DNA from: an uncultured Acidobacteriota bacterium
GTDB taxonomy: Bacteria; Acidobacteriota; Vicinamibacteria; Fen-336
Assembly (NCBI GenBank): GCA_963720545.1
Contig: OY970399.1
Coordinates: 1,888,001 to 1,952,000, forward strand
DNA: 64,000 nucleotides
Direction: 5' to 3'
This document shows, one piece after another, positions 48,573 to 58,956 of this stretch (positions within the stretch are counted from its first letter, which is position 1; each line of letters starts with the position of its first letter). Made by a program: the position numbers and the translations under genes. Under the pieces are notes generated by a model. That model had not been told where the DNA came from, searched no databases, and saw only the letters and a program-made list of their open reading frames with translations.

Positions 48573-50741
48573 CTACTGGACGTCGTAGGTGGTGATGGTG
48601 GTGCCTAGCAGGTACTTGTCGAACCAGGCGGAGATGTGGTTCAGGCGTTCGATGCGGTGGCTTGGCTTGCCGGAACGCGACAACTCATGGGTTTCGCCGG
48701 GGAACTGAACCATCACCGTCGGGCGCTTCAGGTACTTCAAGGCGCGGAACAGTTGCTCGCCGCCTGATGTTGGCGGCGTGCGCAGGTCGGCTTCGCCCTC
48801 GATGAACATCATCGGCGTGCGGATGCGGTCGACGAAGTTGATCGGCGAGCGCGCTGCGTACTCGGCCGGGCGCTCGAAGGGCGCGCCGTGGAACCATTGC
48901 GGCGTGAACATCGTGAAGTCGGCTGTGTACCACCACGACGTCCAGTTGGCGATCGAGCGCTGCGCGACAGCAGCCTGGAACCGGTTGGTCTGCGTGACGA
49001 CGTAGTTGGTGAGGATGCCGCCGCCGCTGCCGCCGGTGACGCCCAACTTCGCCGGGTCGGCGATGCCGCGCTTCACCAGCTCGTCGACGCCGCTCATCAG
49101 GTCCTTGTAGTCGTCGCCAGGAAAGCGGAACTGGATGATGTTGGCGAAGCTCTGGCCGTACGTAGTACTGCCGCGCGGGTTCGGATAGAAGACCACGTAG
49201 CCCTTCGCCGCGAGGCACTGCATCTCGTGGAAGAAGGTGTAACCGTACGCCGAGTGCGGTCCGCCGTGGATGTTTAGGATGGTGGGGTACGCCTTGCCTT
49301 CGACATAGTCGGGGGGCTTCTGCACCCAGCCGTGGATCACCTTGCCGTCGAAGCTCTTCCAGGTGATCTCCTCGGGCGCCGTCAGGTCGAGTTCGTCGAA
49401 CAGCTCGGCGTTGAAGTCGGTGAGCTTGCGCAGGCTGCTCTTGCCCGGCTGGATCTCGCGCGCGTCGAGGTAATAGAGGTTGCCGATGTTCAGCGGGTTC
49501 GAGATCACGAGCGCGAACCGCGAGCCGTCGGGCGTGGCGGTGAACGACACCACCTCGACGTCGCCCTCGGTCAGGGGTTCCATCGTGCTGTTCGAGACGT
49601 CGATGCGCACCAGGTTGGCGCGGCCCTTCTCGGCCACGCGGATCACCACGGTCTTGCCGTCGTTGGTCCAGATCGGCAGCGCCGGGCTCGCGCCACGCGG
49701 CGGATGCTGGTCGCCGGCGAGGCCGTCGCCCACCTCGTTGTCGAAGCCTTCGGTGAGGTTGCGCGCCGGCACGCCGGGCGTCGTCCCCGAGACGAACAGG
49801 TCGGTCTGGTCGTAGGAACGCACAGGGTTGGCATTGGGGCGGCCCTCGAAGACGACGCGCGAGCCGCCGGGGCTCAGGGCATAGGGTCCGATGTCGCCGT
49901 CGATGCTCACCACCAGCTTTGGCTCACCGCCGGTCGCCGGCACCTCGAAGAGATCCGCGCTGCCGCGGGCGTAGTACGGCTCCTTCACCCGCTCGGACGT
50001 GAAGTAGATGCGGTTGCCGTCGGCGGACCACACGGGTGCTGCTTCCTCGAAGCTGCCTTGCGTCACCTGCTGCGGTTGCGCCGCCGTTGCCGCCGAGCCG
50101 GCCGCCGGCACGTCCACGACCCAGATGTGGCCGGGCCGCGAATCGTCGAGATAACCGCCGCTGTTCGCGCGGTAGACCGCGCGGCTGATGACGCGGACGT
50201 CGCTTTCCTTCGGCGGCTCCGCCCCCGGTTTCAGCGCCTTCGCCTTCTCCATGTCCGCGGGCGTCGTGTCGCTGACGAACGCGATGCGCTTGCCGTCGGG
50301 CGACCACGCCGCGGCCTCCGCGCCCTTCGGCATGTCGGTGATGGCGCGCGCCTCGCCGCCCGCCATCGGGATGACCCACAACTGGCTCGGCTGCGAGTGG
50401 CCGTCCTTCATCGACACGCGGCTGAACGCCAGCCGCGAACCGTCCGGCGACCAGCGCGGCGCGTTGTCGTTCTGCGGGCCGCTCGTGAACGGGCGCGGCG
50501 GTTCGCTGGCGTCGGTGGGCACCATCCAGATCGAGGTTTCGTAACCGTCGTTCTTCTGGTCGATCTCGACGCGCACGAACGCCACCTGGCGACCGTCGGG
50601 CGAGACCTGCGGGTCGGCGACCCAGACGAAGCGCTGTATGTCACCCGGCGTGATCCTGCGCTTCTCCGCTGCCGCCGTGCCGGTGCCGGCCGCGGCAACG
50701 AGCGCCAGGCACAGCACCGCCACATACCTGCGATTGAACAT
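48573..50741 (-). CDS. S9 family peptidase (acylaminoacyl-peptidase-like) with PD40 propeller
   Basis: WSPDG repeats, IHGGP, NPRGS, nucleophile elbow GGSGGG, D (ADLRTP) and H (ETHELSR), with a signal peptide. Confidence 0.92.
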   Translation of the reverse strand: MFNRRYVAVLCLALVAAAGTGTAAAEKRRITPGDIQRFVWVADPQVSPDGRQVAFVRVEIDQKNDGYETSIWMVPTDASEPPRPFTSGPQNDNAPRWSPDGSRLAFSRVSMKDGHSQPSQLWVIPMAGGEARAITDMPKGAEAAAWSPDGKRIAFVSDTTPADMEKAKALKPGAEPPKESDVRVISRAVYRANSGGYLDDSRPGHIWVVDVPAAGSAATAAQPQQVTQGSFEEAAPVWSADGNRIYFTSERVKEPYYARGSADLFEVPATGGEPKLVVSIDGDIGPYALSPGGSRVVFEGRPNANPVRSYDQTDLFVSGTTPGVPARNLTEGFDNEVGDGLAGDQHPPRGASPALPIWTNDGKTVVIRVAEKGRANLVRIDVSNSTMEPLTEGDVEVVSFTATPDGSRFALVISNPLNIGNLYYLDAREIQPGKSSLRKLTDFNAELFDELDLTAPEEITWKSFDGKVIHGWVQKPPDYVEGKAYPTILNIHGGPHSAYGYTFFHEMQCLAAKGYVVFYPNPRGSTTYGQSFANIIQFRFPGDDYKDLMSGVDELVKRGIADPAKLGVTGGSGGGILTNYVVTQTNRFQAAVAQRSIANWTSWWYTADFTMFTPQWFHGAPFERPAEYAARSPINFVDRIRTPMMFIEGEADLRTPPTSGGEQLFRALKYLKRPTVMVQFPGETHELSRSGKPSHRIERLNHISAWFDKYLLGTTITTYDVQ

Positions 50742-50797
50742 GGAGCCTCCTGGCTCGGATGGTACATCGTCTGCCGGCATCGTCTATTCTTCGAGCC

Positions 50798-52795
50798 ATG
50801 CGAAAAGCGATCCTGGCCACACTGGCGTTCATTGCGGCGAACATCGGCGGCGCCGCCGAGCAGCAATTCACCGCCACCGAGATGATGAAGCTGAAGCGCA
50901 TCTCGGACCACGCGGTGTCGCCCGACGGCAAGTGGGTCGCTTACGTCGTTACTGAGATCGACGCGGCGTTCGCGCGCAACGCCGACGTCTGGATCACGCC
51001 GCTCGGCGGCGGGCCGGCGCGGCGCATGACGAGCAACGTGAAATCCGACACGCGGCCGCGCTTCAGCCCCGACGGCTCGGTGCTGGCGTTCCTCTCGAAC
51101 CGCGACGGCGACAGCCAGGTGTACGCGATGGACCTTTTGGGCGGCGAGCCGCGGCGCGTCACCAACCTGCCGCTCGGCGTCGAGAGCTACCAGTGGCTCG
51201 ACAACCGCACGCTGCTGGCGGCGAGCGACGTGTTTCCGGAGTGCAAGGACGACGCCTGCCAGCTCGCGCACATGGAGGCGGCCGGCAAGGGTCCGCGAGT
51301 CTTCGACCACCTGTTCGTGCGCCGCTGGGACACGTGGGAAGACGGGCGGCGCATGCACCTCTTCCGCCTGTCGCTCACCGGCGAGGCGCCGCTCGACATC
51401 ACTCCCGACCGCGACCACGACGTGCCGCCGTGGAGCCAGGGCCCCGATGACTACGCTGCGTCGCCGGACGGCAGCGAGGTTGCGTTCGTGCGCAACGACG
51501 ACGCCCTGGTCGCGACCTCCACCAACGCCGACCTGTTCGTCATGCCGTCGGGCAGCGGTTCACCGCGCAAGATCTCGACGAGCCCCGGTTACGACGGCGC
51601 GCCGCAGTACAGCCCCGACGGCAGCAAGATCGCGTACCGCTCGCAGTCGCGCGCCGGCTACGAATCGGACCGCCAGCGGCTGATGGTCTACGACCGCAAG
51701 TCGGGCGCCACCCACGAGGTGGTCACCAACTTCGACCGCCATGTCGAGAGCTTCGACTGGTCGGCCGATTCGAAGACCATCTACTTCACGAGCGGCGACG
51801 ACGCCACGCAGCCGATCTATTCGGTGAGCGCCGCGGGCGGTACGCCGAAGAAGATCGCTCCGGGCACCTTCACCGACGTGCGCGTCGCCGGCGGCCAGCT
51901 GGTGGCGGCGCAAGCGTCGCTCACCTACCCGCCGGAGATCGCGCGCATCGCACTTCCCGGCGGCGGCGTCACGCGGCTGACGCGCGTCAACGACGCGTTC
52001 CTCGCCGGCTTCAAGCTGCAGTCGGGCGAGAGTGTTCGCTACACCGGCGCCGCGGGCAAGAGCGTGCAGGCGTGGATCGTGAAGCCGGCGAACTTCGATT
52101 CGGGACACAAGTACCCGCTCGCCGTCCTCATTCACGGCGGTCCGCAAAGCGCCTGGGAAGATGCCTGGAGCTATCGCTGGAATGCGCAGGTGTTCGCGAA
52201 CGCCGGCTATGTCGTCTTCATGCCGAACCCGCGCGGCTCGGTCGGCTGGGGCCAGGAGTTCGTCGAGGACGTGAGCGCCGACTGGGGCGGCCGCGCCTAC
52301 GAAGATGTCATGAAGGGGACCGACTACGCCGAGGCGCTGCCCTATGTGGAGAAGGGGCGCACCGCAGCGCTCGGCGCTTCGTACGGCGGCTTCATGGTGA
52401 ACTGGATCGCCGGCCACACCGACCGCTACAAGGTGCTGGTATCGCACGACGGCGTCTTCGAGCCCTCCGCGATGTACGGCGCGACCGAAGAGTTGTGGTT
52501 TCCTGAATGGGAGTTCCGCGGACTACCGTGGGCGAATCCCGAGCAGTATGAAAAGTGGAGCGCGGCGCGCTCCGCGGGGAACTTCAAGACCCCGACGCTC
52601 GTGATCCACAGCGAGCTCGACTTCCGGGTGCCGCTGGAGCAGGGCCTCGGCATGTTCACCGCCTTGCAGCGCCAGGGCGTGCCGTCGCGCCTGGTGGTCT
52701 TTCCCGACGAGGGCCATTGGGTGCTGAAGCCGGCGAATTCGGTGCGCTGGTACAAGGAAGTGCTGTCGTGGGTCGACGAATGGATGAAGAAATAG
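50798..52795 (+). CDS. S9 family peptidase (dipeptidyl-peptidase-5-like)
   Basis: SPDG repeats, IHGGPQ, GASYGG, LDFRVP and PDEGHW motifs, with a signal peptide. Confidence 0.92.
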   Translation: MRKAILATLAFIAANIGGAAEQQFTATEMMKLKRISDHAVSPDGKWVAYVVTEIDAAFARNADVWITPLGGGPARRMTSNVKSDTRPRFSPDGSVLAFLSNRDGDSQVYAMDLLGGEPRRVTNLPLGVESYQWLDNRTLLAASDVFPECKDDACQLAHMEAAGKGPRVFDHLFVRRWDTWEDGRRMHLFRLSLTGEAPLDITPDRDHDVPPWSQGPDDYAASPDGSEVAFVRNDDALVATSTNADLFVMPSGSGSPRKISTSPGYDGAPQYSPDGSKIAYRSQSRAGYESDRQRLMVYDRKSGATHEVVTNFDRHVESFDWSADSKTIYFTSGDDATQPIYSVSAAGGTPKKIAPGTFTDVRVAGGQLVAAQASLTYPPEIARIALPGGGVTRLTRVNDAFLAGFKLQSGESVRYTGAAGKSVQAWIVKPANFDSGHKYPLAVLIHGGPQSAWEDAWSYRWNAQVFANAGYVVFMPNPRGSVGWGQEFVEDVSADWGGRAYEDVMKGTDYAEALPYVEKGRTAALGASYGGFMVNWIAGHTDRYKVLVSHDGVFEPSAMYGATEELWFPEWEFRGLPWANPEQYEKWSAARSAGNFKTPTLVIHSELDFRVPLEQGLGMFTALQRQGVPSRLVVFPDEGHWVLKPANSVRWYKEVLSWVDEWMKK

Positions 52796-52806
52796 GAGTG
52801 CTCGCG

Positions 52807-54846
52807 ATGATCCGCCCCGCCTTGTTCGTGCTGCTGCCGCTTCTCGCCGCCGCTGCCGTTGCGTCGGGCGCTGAGACGATCAAATACGTGGCCCTCGTCG
52901 ATGGCGGCAAGGAGGCCGGCCACCAGATCGTCACGCACGGCGACGACAAGGTGACGCGCGTCGACTTCATCTTCAAGGACAACGGCCGCGGCCCGGAGAG
53001 CAAGGAGGAGTACACGCTCGCTGCCGACGGCACCTACAAGACCTACTCCGCGAAGGGCACCTCCACCTTCGGCGCGCCGGTCGACGAGTCGTTCACCCTC
53101 ACCGCGGGCAAGGCGGCGTGGAAGTCGCTGTCCGATTCGGGCGAGATGCCGGTGAGCGGCACGGCGCTCTATTCGCCACTCGGCGGCAGCCCCGACTCCT
53201 TCACGGTGGCGCTCGCCGCGGCCGCGAAGAACGGCGGCAAGGTGCCGCTCCTGCCCACCGGCACGCTCGCGGTGCGCACGGTGGCGAGCCAGGAGGTCGA
53301 AGGCGGCGCGGGCAAGCGCACGGTGAACCTGGTGGCGATCACGGGGGTCGGTTTCACCCCGACGTTCGTGTGGGCCACGGCCGACACCGCCCCGCGGCTC
53401 TTCGCCTTCATCCTTCCCGGTTTCCTGCAGCTCATCGAGGACGGGTTCCAGAAGAACGCCGCTGCCCTCGAGACCCGGCAGAAGCAGGCCGAAGGCGAGG
53501 CGCTCGTGGACTTCAGCAAGCGGCTCACCCACGTGCTGCCGGGCACGACGCTGATCCGCAACGCGCGGGTCTTCGACAGCGAGAAGGCGGTTCTCGGCGC
53601 GGCCTCGGACGTGCTGCTGAAGGACGGCCGCATCGCTTCGATTGCCGCGGCCGGCAAGGGCGGCACCGCTGACCGCACCGTCGATGCCGGCGGCCGCGTG
53701 CTGCTGCCGGGCCTTTTCGACATGCACGGCCACATTTCGCGCTGGGATGGCGCGCTGCAACTGGGCGCGGGCGTCACCACGGTGCGCGACATGGGCAACG
53801 ACAACGAGACGCTGCAGCAGATCATCGCCGAGGAGCGCGCCGGCACCATCCTGATGAACCACATCGTCCCGGCGGGCTTCCTCGAGGGTGAGAGCCCGAT
53901 GTCGGCGCGCAACGGCTTCGTGGTCAGCGACCTTGCCGGCGCGAAGAAGGCAATCGACTGGTACGCCGAGCACCACTATCCGCAGATCAAGATCTACAAC
54001 TCGTTCCCGAAGGACATCGTGGCGCAGACGACAGCGTACGCCCACGAGAAGGGACTGCGGGTCAGCGGCCACATCCCGGCGTTCATGCGCGCGCAGGAGG
54101 CCGTGGAGCAGGGTTACGACGAGATCCAGCACATCAACCAGCTGCTGCTCAACTTCTTCGTCACGCCGACCACCGACACGCGCACGCTCGAGCGCTTCTA
54201 CCTCGTGGGCGAGAAGGCGGCCGACCTCGACCTCGACTCGAAGCCGGTGCAGGACTTCATCGCACTCCTCAAGGCCCGCAACATCGTCATCGACCCGACG
54301 CTCGCCACCTTCGACTTCCTGCGCCAGCGCGACGGCACGATGTCGGCTGCCTTCGCGGCGGTCGCCGACCACATGCCGCCCGACGTCTCGCGCGGCTTCA
54401 AGGTCGGGCAGATGAAGATTCCCGACGATGCGACCGCGGCCCGTTACGAGAAGTCGTACCAGAAGTGCATCGACTTCACCGGCCGGATGTGGAAGGCGGG
54501 CATCCCGGTGGTGGCCGGCACCGACGGCCTCGCCGGCTTCACCCTGCAGCGCGAGCTGGAGCTTTACGTGATGGCCGGCATGACGCCCGCGCAGGCGCTC
54601 TCGGTCGCGACCTGGAACGGCGCCAAGTACGCGAAGGTGCTGGACGATCGCGGCTCGGTCACTGCCGGCAAGCGCGCCGACCTCATCCTGGTGGACGGCG
54701 ATCCCACGAAGAGCATCGCCGACATCCGCAAGGTCGCGCTGGTCTTCAAGGACGGCAACGCCTACTACCCCGCCGAGATCTACGGCGAGATCGGCGTGAA
54801 GCCGTTCACCGAGGCCCTGCGCGTGGAGGGCCCCGCCGCGAAGTGA
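52807..54846 (+). CDS. Secreted amidohydrolase-family protein with N-terminal beta-rich domain
   Basis: PGLFDMHGH, GVTTVRDMG, SGH, IQH, AGTD and GKRADL motifs, with a signal peptide and SD GGAG. Confidence 0.85.
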   Translation: MIRPALFVLLPLLAAAAVASGAETIKYVALVDGGKEAGHQIVTHGDDKVTRVDFIFKDNGRGPESKEEYTLAADGTYKTYSAKGTSTFGAPVDESFTLTAGKAAWKSLSDSGEMPVSGTALYSPLGGSPDSFTVALAAAAKNGGKVPLLPTGTLAVRTVASQEVEGGAGKRTVNLVAITGVGFTPTFVWATADTAPRLFAFILPGFLQLIEDGFQKNAAALETRQKQAEGEALVDFSKRLTHVLPGTTLIRNARVFDSEKAVLGAASDVLLKDGRIASIAAAGKGGTADRTVDAGGRVLLPGLFDMHGHISRWDGALQLGAGVTTVRDMGNDNETLQQIIAEERAGTILMNHIVPAGFLEGESPMSARNGFVVSDLAGAKKAIDWYAEHHYPQIKIYNSFPKDIVAQTTAYAHEKGLRVSGHIPAFMRAQEAVEQGYDEIQHINQLLLNFFVTPTTDTRTLERFYLVGEKAADLDLDSKPVQDFIALLKARNIVIDPTLATFDFLRQRDGTMSAAFAAVADHMPPDVSRGFKVGQMKIPDDATAARYEKSYQKCIDFTGRMWKAGIPVVAGTDGLAGFTLQRELELYVMAGMTPAQALSVATWNGAKYAKVLDDRGSVTAGKRADLILVDGDPTKSIADIRKVALVFKDGNAYYPAEIYGEIGVKPFTEALRVEGPAAK

Positions 54847-55880
54847 GCGCCCTCGACCTCGCGCAGAGCCTCGGCCACGAACGCGTCGTCCTGCTGAACG
54901 ACCGCCGTTCGGGGCTGCGCGCGGCGATTGCAATCCACGACACGACGCTCGGGCCGGCCGCCGGCGGCACGCGCATGCGTCCGTACGCCGCGTTCGACGA
55001 TGCCGTCACCGACGCGCTGCGCCTGTCGCGCGCGATGACCTACAAGGCAGCGATGTGCGGCATGCCGCGCGGCGGCGGCAAGGCGGTGATCGTCGGCGAC
55101 CCGGCGCGCGACAAGACCGAGGCGCTGCTGGAGGCGTACGCGCGCGCGGTCGACGCCCTGGGCGGCGCGTTCCACACCGGCGGCGACATGGGAATCGGCG
55201 GCAGCGACGTGCTGTTCATCCGCCGCTTCACCGAGCATGCGAGCCACAGCGTACCGGGGTCAGCGCTCGAGACGTCGTTGCTCGCGGCCCTCGGCGTATT
55301 CGAATCGATCCGCTCGGTGGCGGCGCTCCTGGGCCGGCCGCTCGACGGGCTGCACGTCGCGGTGCAGGGCGTGGGCGAGCTCGGCTCGCGCCTGGTTGCC
55401 GACCTGCACGCCGCAGGCTGCCGTATCACCGTCGCCGATCAGGTGGCGGCACGCGCGGCTGCCGCCGCCGAACAGCACGGCGCGGCCGTGGTCGCCGCCG
55501 AGGCCATTTACGACGTCCCCTGCGACGTGTTTTCGCCGAACGCCGGCACCGGCATCCTCAACGACGGCACCATCGACCGGCTGCGCTGCGCGGCGGTCGT
55601 CGGCGGCGCGAACGAACAACTGCTCGATCCGCGCCACGGCGACCTGCTGTTCGCCCGCGGCATCCTGTTCGCACCCGACTACGTGGCGAACGCCGGCGGG
55701 CTGCTGAGCCTGCTTTGGGAATTGGGCCAGACCGACGAAGCCGGCGTCATCGAACGCACGCGGGCCATTGGCCCGAGGATCGGCGAAATCGTCGCGCGCT
55801 CGCGGCGGGACGGTATCCCGGCGCACAGGCTCGCCGACCACATGGCGGAAAAGGTGTTGGCAGACGCTCGCTCGCGTTAG
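54843..55880 (+). CDS. Glu/Leu/Phe/Val dehydrogenase (leucine dehydrogenase-like)
   Basis: IAIHDTTLGPAAGGTR, LSRAMTYK, GGGKAVI, QGVGELG, GANEQL and PDYVANAGG motifs. Confidence 0.9.
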   Translation: MSALDLAQSLGHERVVLLNDRRSGLRAAIAIHDTTLGPAAGGTRMRPYAAFDDAVTDALRLSRAMTYKAAMCGMPRGGGKAVIVGDPARDKTEALLEAYARAVDALGGAFHTGGDMGIGGSDVLFIRRFTEHASHSVPGSALETSLLAALGVFESIRSVAALLGRPLDGLHVAVQGVGELGSRLVADLHAAGCRITVADQVAARAAAAAEQHGAAVVAAEAIYDVPCDVFSPNAGTGILNDGTIDRLRCAAVVGGANEQLLDPRHGDLLFARGILFAPDYVANAGGLLSLLWELGQTDEAGVIERTRAIGPRIGEIVARSRRDGIPAHRLADHMAEKVLADARSR

Positions 55881-55889
55881 GGTGGGGAG

Positions 55890-56327
55890 ATGAAGCGTTT
55901 TTTCCCGTCCCTCGCCATCACCGCATCGCTCTTCTTCCTGCCCGCGTGCGGCGACAAGTCGCCGACCGAGCCGGCGCCGCAGCCGAGCGGCGACTCGGTG
56001 GTGATCGCCGCGATCACTCCGGCAACCAGCACTGTCGTGGCGCCGGGGCAGACGATCGACTTCGCCGCTGTGCTGTCCTATCGCCTCGACAGCGCCGACA
56101 ACGGCCGACTGATCCTGACCGTTCGCGACCAGGCGAATCGCAGCCTGCTGCCGCCGGCAACGCCCAGCGCTTTCAACATCACCCGCGGCTTCAACCGCCT
56201 CAACGTCGCCTATCCCGTGGCGGTGCCGCCCAGCGGCGTCTCCAAGGTGATCGTCAAGCTCGAGATGTTTCCCGGCGCGACCACAGCGGCCAGTGCCGGC
56301 GTCTCGGTGGAGTACGACGTGCGCTAG
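55890..56327 (+). CDS. Hypothetical lipoprotein
   Basis: Lipobox LPAC after the hydrophobic signal, with an Ig-like beta-rich mature part. Confidence 0.6.
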   Translation: MKRFFPSLAITASLFFLPACGDKSPTEPAPQPSGDSVVIAAITPATSTVVAPGQTIDFAAVLSYRLDSADNGRLILTVRDQANRSLLPPATPSAFNITRGFNRLNVAYPVAVPPSGVSKVIVKLEMFPGATTAASAGVSVEYDVR

Positions 56328-58048
56328 CGGCCCGCGCCGGCGGCTGGTGCTGCCGTGCGCAGGCAAAGGCCGACGCGGTGGCCGAGGCCACGGCCGGTGA
56401 CGACGTAACCGCCGGCAGTGCGTGTGATGCGATCGGCGGGACTGGGCAAGGCGCCCCAGTCGCGCACGCGCGCGATGCGTTCGTGTGCCTCGTCGTAGGC
56501 GAGGCATGCTGCGGCACCGTCCGGCTTGCGCACGTCGAGGCACCAGGTGCCGCCGCGCCATGCGATGGCGAGTCCCGCGACGCCGGCGCCGAACGCGCGT
56601 TCCACCTCGCGATCGGACCAACGCCGCTCCCACTCCCGTGCCGGGTGCTGCGCATGCGCCACGACCGGCTCGCCGTCGTCCGTGCCGCCCCAGACGGCGT
56701 GCGGCGAGAGTGGCTGCGAACCGCAATCGGACGTCCAGTGTGCAGGGCCCGACGCGTGCGCCTGCGCTTGAGCGGCGGACCACTCGGCGTCAGTGAGGAT
56801 GCGCGCTCCGGCGCCACCTGCGTCTGCAACGGGTGAACGCGGTTCACTCCAGCTGAGGTAAGGCCCGCGGCCGACGAACCACGCGCAGTGGGTGGAATCG
56901 CAAACGTCTGCGTCGGCGTGGCGCTTGCCCGCAGCGGTGAAACGCAGCACGGCCGCCGCCAGCTCGACGCGATGATCGGTGCGCGCCGGTCCCAGCTCGG
57001 CGAGCAGCACGCCGTTCGCGTATTCGCGGCGGCTCATGCCCGCAACGAGTGTCAGTGTGCGGCCGCCGCCAATCGCCACGCTGCCAACGATCCGCCGGCG
57101 CGTCCGCGGCGAGGCGATGCGCAGTTCCCAGTTCCCCGTCTCGAGGCGGTCGCCGGTGCGTAACGTGAGGGTGCCGCCCGCGCCGACGAAGCCGCGGTTG
57201 GTGCCAATCGGCGCGCTGCCCAGGTTCGTTGCCGTCACCGCGGCTGGCTGCAGCAATTCGAACAATCGCACCCGCACCTCGGCACGTTCGACTGGAATCG
57301 CGGCGGCCGGCTGTGTCGATGCCGGGCGATAGGCGATCGGCCCTCGCGACGTTGACGGGTGACGGTCGGCCACCACCGTTGCCATCCGTCCGGCCGCGTC
57401 CCTTCCGGTGCCAGGATCGAGCATGCCGAGCGCCGCCCATCCCGCGTCGTCCACGGCAAGCGCCAGTCCGGCCGTGCGCCACGCCGGTCCGGCCGCTGAC
57501 TTCACGGTGCCCGTTTTCGCCCACAGCCCGCGAGTGTGCATCGCGGCGGATGTGCCGTCGAGTGCGCCGTCGCGCAGCCCGGCGAGCAGTACGGTACGGT
57601 GCCGCTCGCCCGCTGGCCACGGCTCGCGCGTCAGCTTCACGTACGCCGCGAGCAGCTGCGCTGGCGCGATGCGCAGCGGCTCCGCGACGGCCGGCAGGCC
57701 GATGGCGCCATCGGCCGAGAGCGCCGCCGGCACCACGAAACCGTTGGCGCGCAGCACCGCCGCAAGCCGCTGCGCCGGCACGAGGTTCGCCAGCGCGCGA
57801 AAGTACGTATTGCAGGAGACGGCCGCCGCCTGCCGCAGGTCGAGCGTGCCGTGTCCGCTCGAGCGCCAGCAACCCGAGCGCCGGTCGCAGGTGACAACAG
57901 GAGCGTCGCCCTGCGGATACGTCTCAGCCCAGGCCTGCGCCACGAACGGCTTCGACAGGGAGCCCACCGCGATCGGGTCGCTGCTTCCAACCTCGGCACC
58001 GCCTGCGGTCCACAGCCGGAACACCGCGGCCAGCGCGAACAGGATCAC
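56324..58048 (-). CDS. Penicillin-binding transpeptidase-like domain fused to SpoIID/LytB domain (YfaQ-like)
   Basis: SxxK (GSLSKPF), SxN (SCN) and KTG, followed by EYANGVLLAE, CDSTHC and GHRVGLC SpoIID-like motifs. Start inferred. Confidence 0.7.
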   Translation of the reverse strand: MILFALAAVFRLWTAGGAEVGSSDPIAVGSLSKPFVAQAWAETYPQGDAPVVTCDRRSGCWRSSGHGTLDLRQAAAVSCNTYFRALANLVPAQRLAAVLRANGFVVPAALSADGAIGLPAVAEPLRIAPAQLLAAYVKLTREPWPAGERHRTVLLAGLRDGALDGTSAAMHTRGLWAKTGTVKSAAGPAWRTAGLALAVDDAGWAALGMLDPGTGRDAAGRMATVVADRHPSTSRGPIAYRPASTQPAAAIPVERAEVRVRLFELLQPAAVTATNLGSAPIGTNRGFVGAGGTLTLRTGDRLETGNWELRIASPRTRRRIVGSVAIGGGRTLTLVAGMSRREYANGVLLAELGPARTDHRVELAAAVLRFTAAGKRHADADVCDSTHCAWFVGRGPYLSWSEPRSPVADAGGAGARILTDAEWSAAQAQAHASGPAHWTSDCGSQPLSPHAVWGGTDDGEPVVAHAQHPAREWERRWSDREVERAFGAGVAGLAIAWRGGTWCLDVRKPDGAAACLAYDEAHERIARVRDWGALPSPADRITRTAGGYVVTGRGLGHRVGLCLRTAAPAAGAGR

Positions 58049-58096
58049 GCCCGTAGTATCCCAGAGCCAGCGTTGGCGGGGACTAAGATGCCTGCA

Positions 58097-58867
58097 GTGG
58101 CCACCACCGATGAGTACACGACGGACGGCCGCCGGTTCCCCGTATTCCTCACCGCCGAATGGCGCAACCTCGTCCTCGTCAACTGGGAAGTCGCGCGCGG
58201 CGTGGTCGCGCCGCTGGTCCCGCGCGGCACCGAACTCGACGAGTGGAGGGGCCGCACTTATCTGAGCCTCGTCGGCTTCATGTTCCTGAAGACCAGGGTG
58301 CGAGGCGTGGCGATTCCCTTTCACCGCGACTTCGAGGAGGTGAACCTGCGCTTCTACGTGCGCCGCAAGTCGCAGGAGGGCTGGCGCCGCGCCGTGGTGT
58401 TTGTGAAGGAGCTGGTGCCGCGCGCCGCGATCGCCTTCCTCGCCCGCACGCTGTACAACGAGAACTATCAGGCGGTGCCGATGAGCCACGAGTTCCAGGA
58501 GGCTCCGGGTTCGCCATGCCGCATCGCATCGGTTTCATACGGCTGGCGCATCGCCGGACGCAGCAACCACTTGAGGTTGGCCGTGGCTGTCGAGCCGCAG
58601 CCGCTCGTGAGAGGCAGCCAAGAGGAATTCATCACCGAGCACTACTGGGGCTACACCGCGCAGCGCGACGGCGGCACGGTCGAGTACCACGTGACCCACC
58701 CGTCCTGGCGCGTCGCCCCCGCTACTGCGATCGACGTCGACTGCGATTTCTCCGCCAACTACGGCCCGGCGTTGGCGGAATCGCTGCAAGCCGCGCCCGA
58801 CTCCGCCTTCCTCGCGGACGGCTCGGCGGTCTGCGTCTCGCGCGGCGTCCGCTTGACGGACATCTGA
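58097..58867 (+). CDS. DUF2071 (YqjF-like) family protein
   Basis: FLTAEWRNL, LSLVGFMF, FEEVNLRFYV, FITEHYWGY and YHVTHPSW motifs. Confidence 0.85.
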   Translation: MATTDEYTTDGRRFPVFLTAEWRNLVLVNWEVARGVVAPLVPRGTELDEWRGRTYLSLVGFMFLKTRVRGVAIPFHRDFEEVNLRFYVRRKSQEGWRRAVVFVKELVPRAAIAFLARTLYNENYQAVPMSHEFQEAPGSPCRIASVSYGWRIAGRSNHLRLAVAVEPQPLVRGSQEEFITEHYWGYTAQRDGGTVEYHVTHPSWRVAPATAIDVDCDFSANYGPALAESLQAAPDSAFLADGSAVCVSRGVRLTDI

Positions 58868-58956
58868 GCGCGCACCACTCAACTCCAACTCGTTCCAGAA
58901 CGGTGTCACGTTGCGCATCAGGGACTAAGCTTGCGGTCCATCAAAGGAGTTGCGCG

